Shown: positions 63,533-64,000 of the stretch, one piece after another
How positions within the stretch are numbered: position 1 is the stretch's first letter
Layout of the letters: each line of letters starts with the position of its first letter
From: Escherichia phage BF15
Sequence record: MW822007.1
Direction: 5' to 3' (one strand)
DNA: 64,000 bases
Position numbers and translations under genes: made by a program
Notes under the pieces: model-generated
Database searches by the model: none
What the model was told of the DNA's origin: nothing
The model's input: only the letters and a program-made list of their open reading frames with translations

Positions 63533-64000
63533 TTAGGCCGCAAGGGCCTTCATAGTTTTAGCGATTTGGGAAACTTCATCATCACTTAAAGAGTTGCGAT
63601 ATCCGATGAAGTCGGAAACAATACGGAATTTCTTGGTAAACTCAGCAACCATTTTATCACTGTTTTTTGAAGCATTATTTGATAATACATCAAAAAGATT
63701 AGTTACTGTCCAGATGTCATGACCGATGGTATCTTTTCCACCATTAAAATATACACCCTGTAATGAACTAACCATATTAGCAAGTCGTGTATATTCTTCA
63801 GAAACTTCATCTACGCTGAAGTACTTCATCATAAAATCTAATTCAGGATACTTGATAATTTTATCAATATATCGTTTAGCTGAACTTGAATAACCTACAT
63901 ACTTATCATAATCTACATCATCAAAAGCATCTACATATAAATCACGCAAAGCTTCAAAAATACATTGGCACTGACCGAGTTCTTTTACCTTTTTCTGTAA
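63533..64000 (-). CDS. rIIA: rIIA, C-terminal portion (5' end beyond the window)
   Basis: Open frame runs to the window edge; stop at 63533-63535; hairpin between the rIIA stop and the rIIB start. Confidence 0.8.
   Translation of the reverse strand, partial: LQKKVKELGQCQCIFEALRDLYVDAFDDVDYDKYVGYSSSAKRYIDKIIKYPELDFMMKYFSVDEVSEEYTRLANMVSSLQGVYFNGGKDTIGHDIWTVTNLFDVLSNNASKNSDKMVAEFTKKFRIVSDFIGYRNSLSDDEVSQIAKTMKALAA

Overview
This window is a near-complete syntenic block of a T-even (T4-like) myovirus genome, running from the 3' end of gene 23 (major capsid protein) to the 3' end of rIIA. The plus strand carries late structural operons: 24, the baseplate hub genes 51-27-28-29-48-54, and the long tail fiber genes 34-35-36-37-38 followed by holin t. 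The minus strand carries early and middle genes: rnlB, hoc, inh, uvsY, 25, 26, two tandem alt-like ADP-ribosyltransferase genes, DNA ligase 30 with its 30.x cluster, rIII, 31, cd, pseT, alc, rnlA, denA, nrdB, nrdA, td, frd, 32, 59, 33, dsbA, rnh, asiA, arn, motA, 52, ac, stp, ndd, denB, rIIB and rIIA. Signals are dense and T4-typical: TATAAATA late promoters, GTTTAC-type early promoters, one MotA-box middle promoter, GC-rich tetraloop terminators and the gene 32 translational operator. No tRNA, CRISPR array or group I intron was found. The phage is not T4 itself. The most notable differences are a frameshifted HNH homing-endonuclease gene between uvsW and uvsW.1, a Hoc with an extra Ig-like domain from a 288-bp tandem duplication, a 119-codon ORF of unknown function between frd and td, a T2-type glycine-rich gp38 adhesin downstream of a gp37 ending in an intramolecular-chaperone domain, and intronless td and nrdB. 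A NADAR/YbiA-like protein in the 30.x cluster and several early promoters with covarying inverted repeats around the -10 element are also worth follow-up. All calls rest on reading the sequence and recalled protein families; no database search was run.
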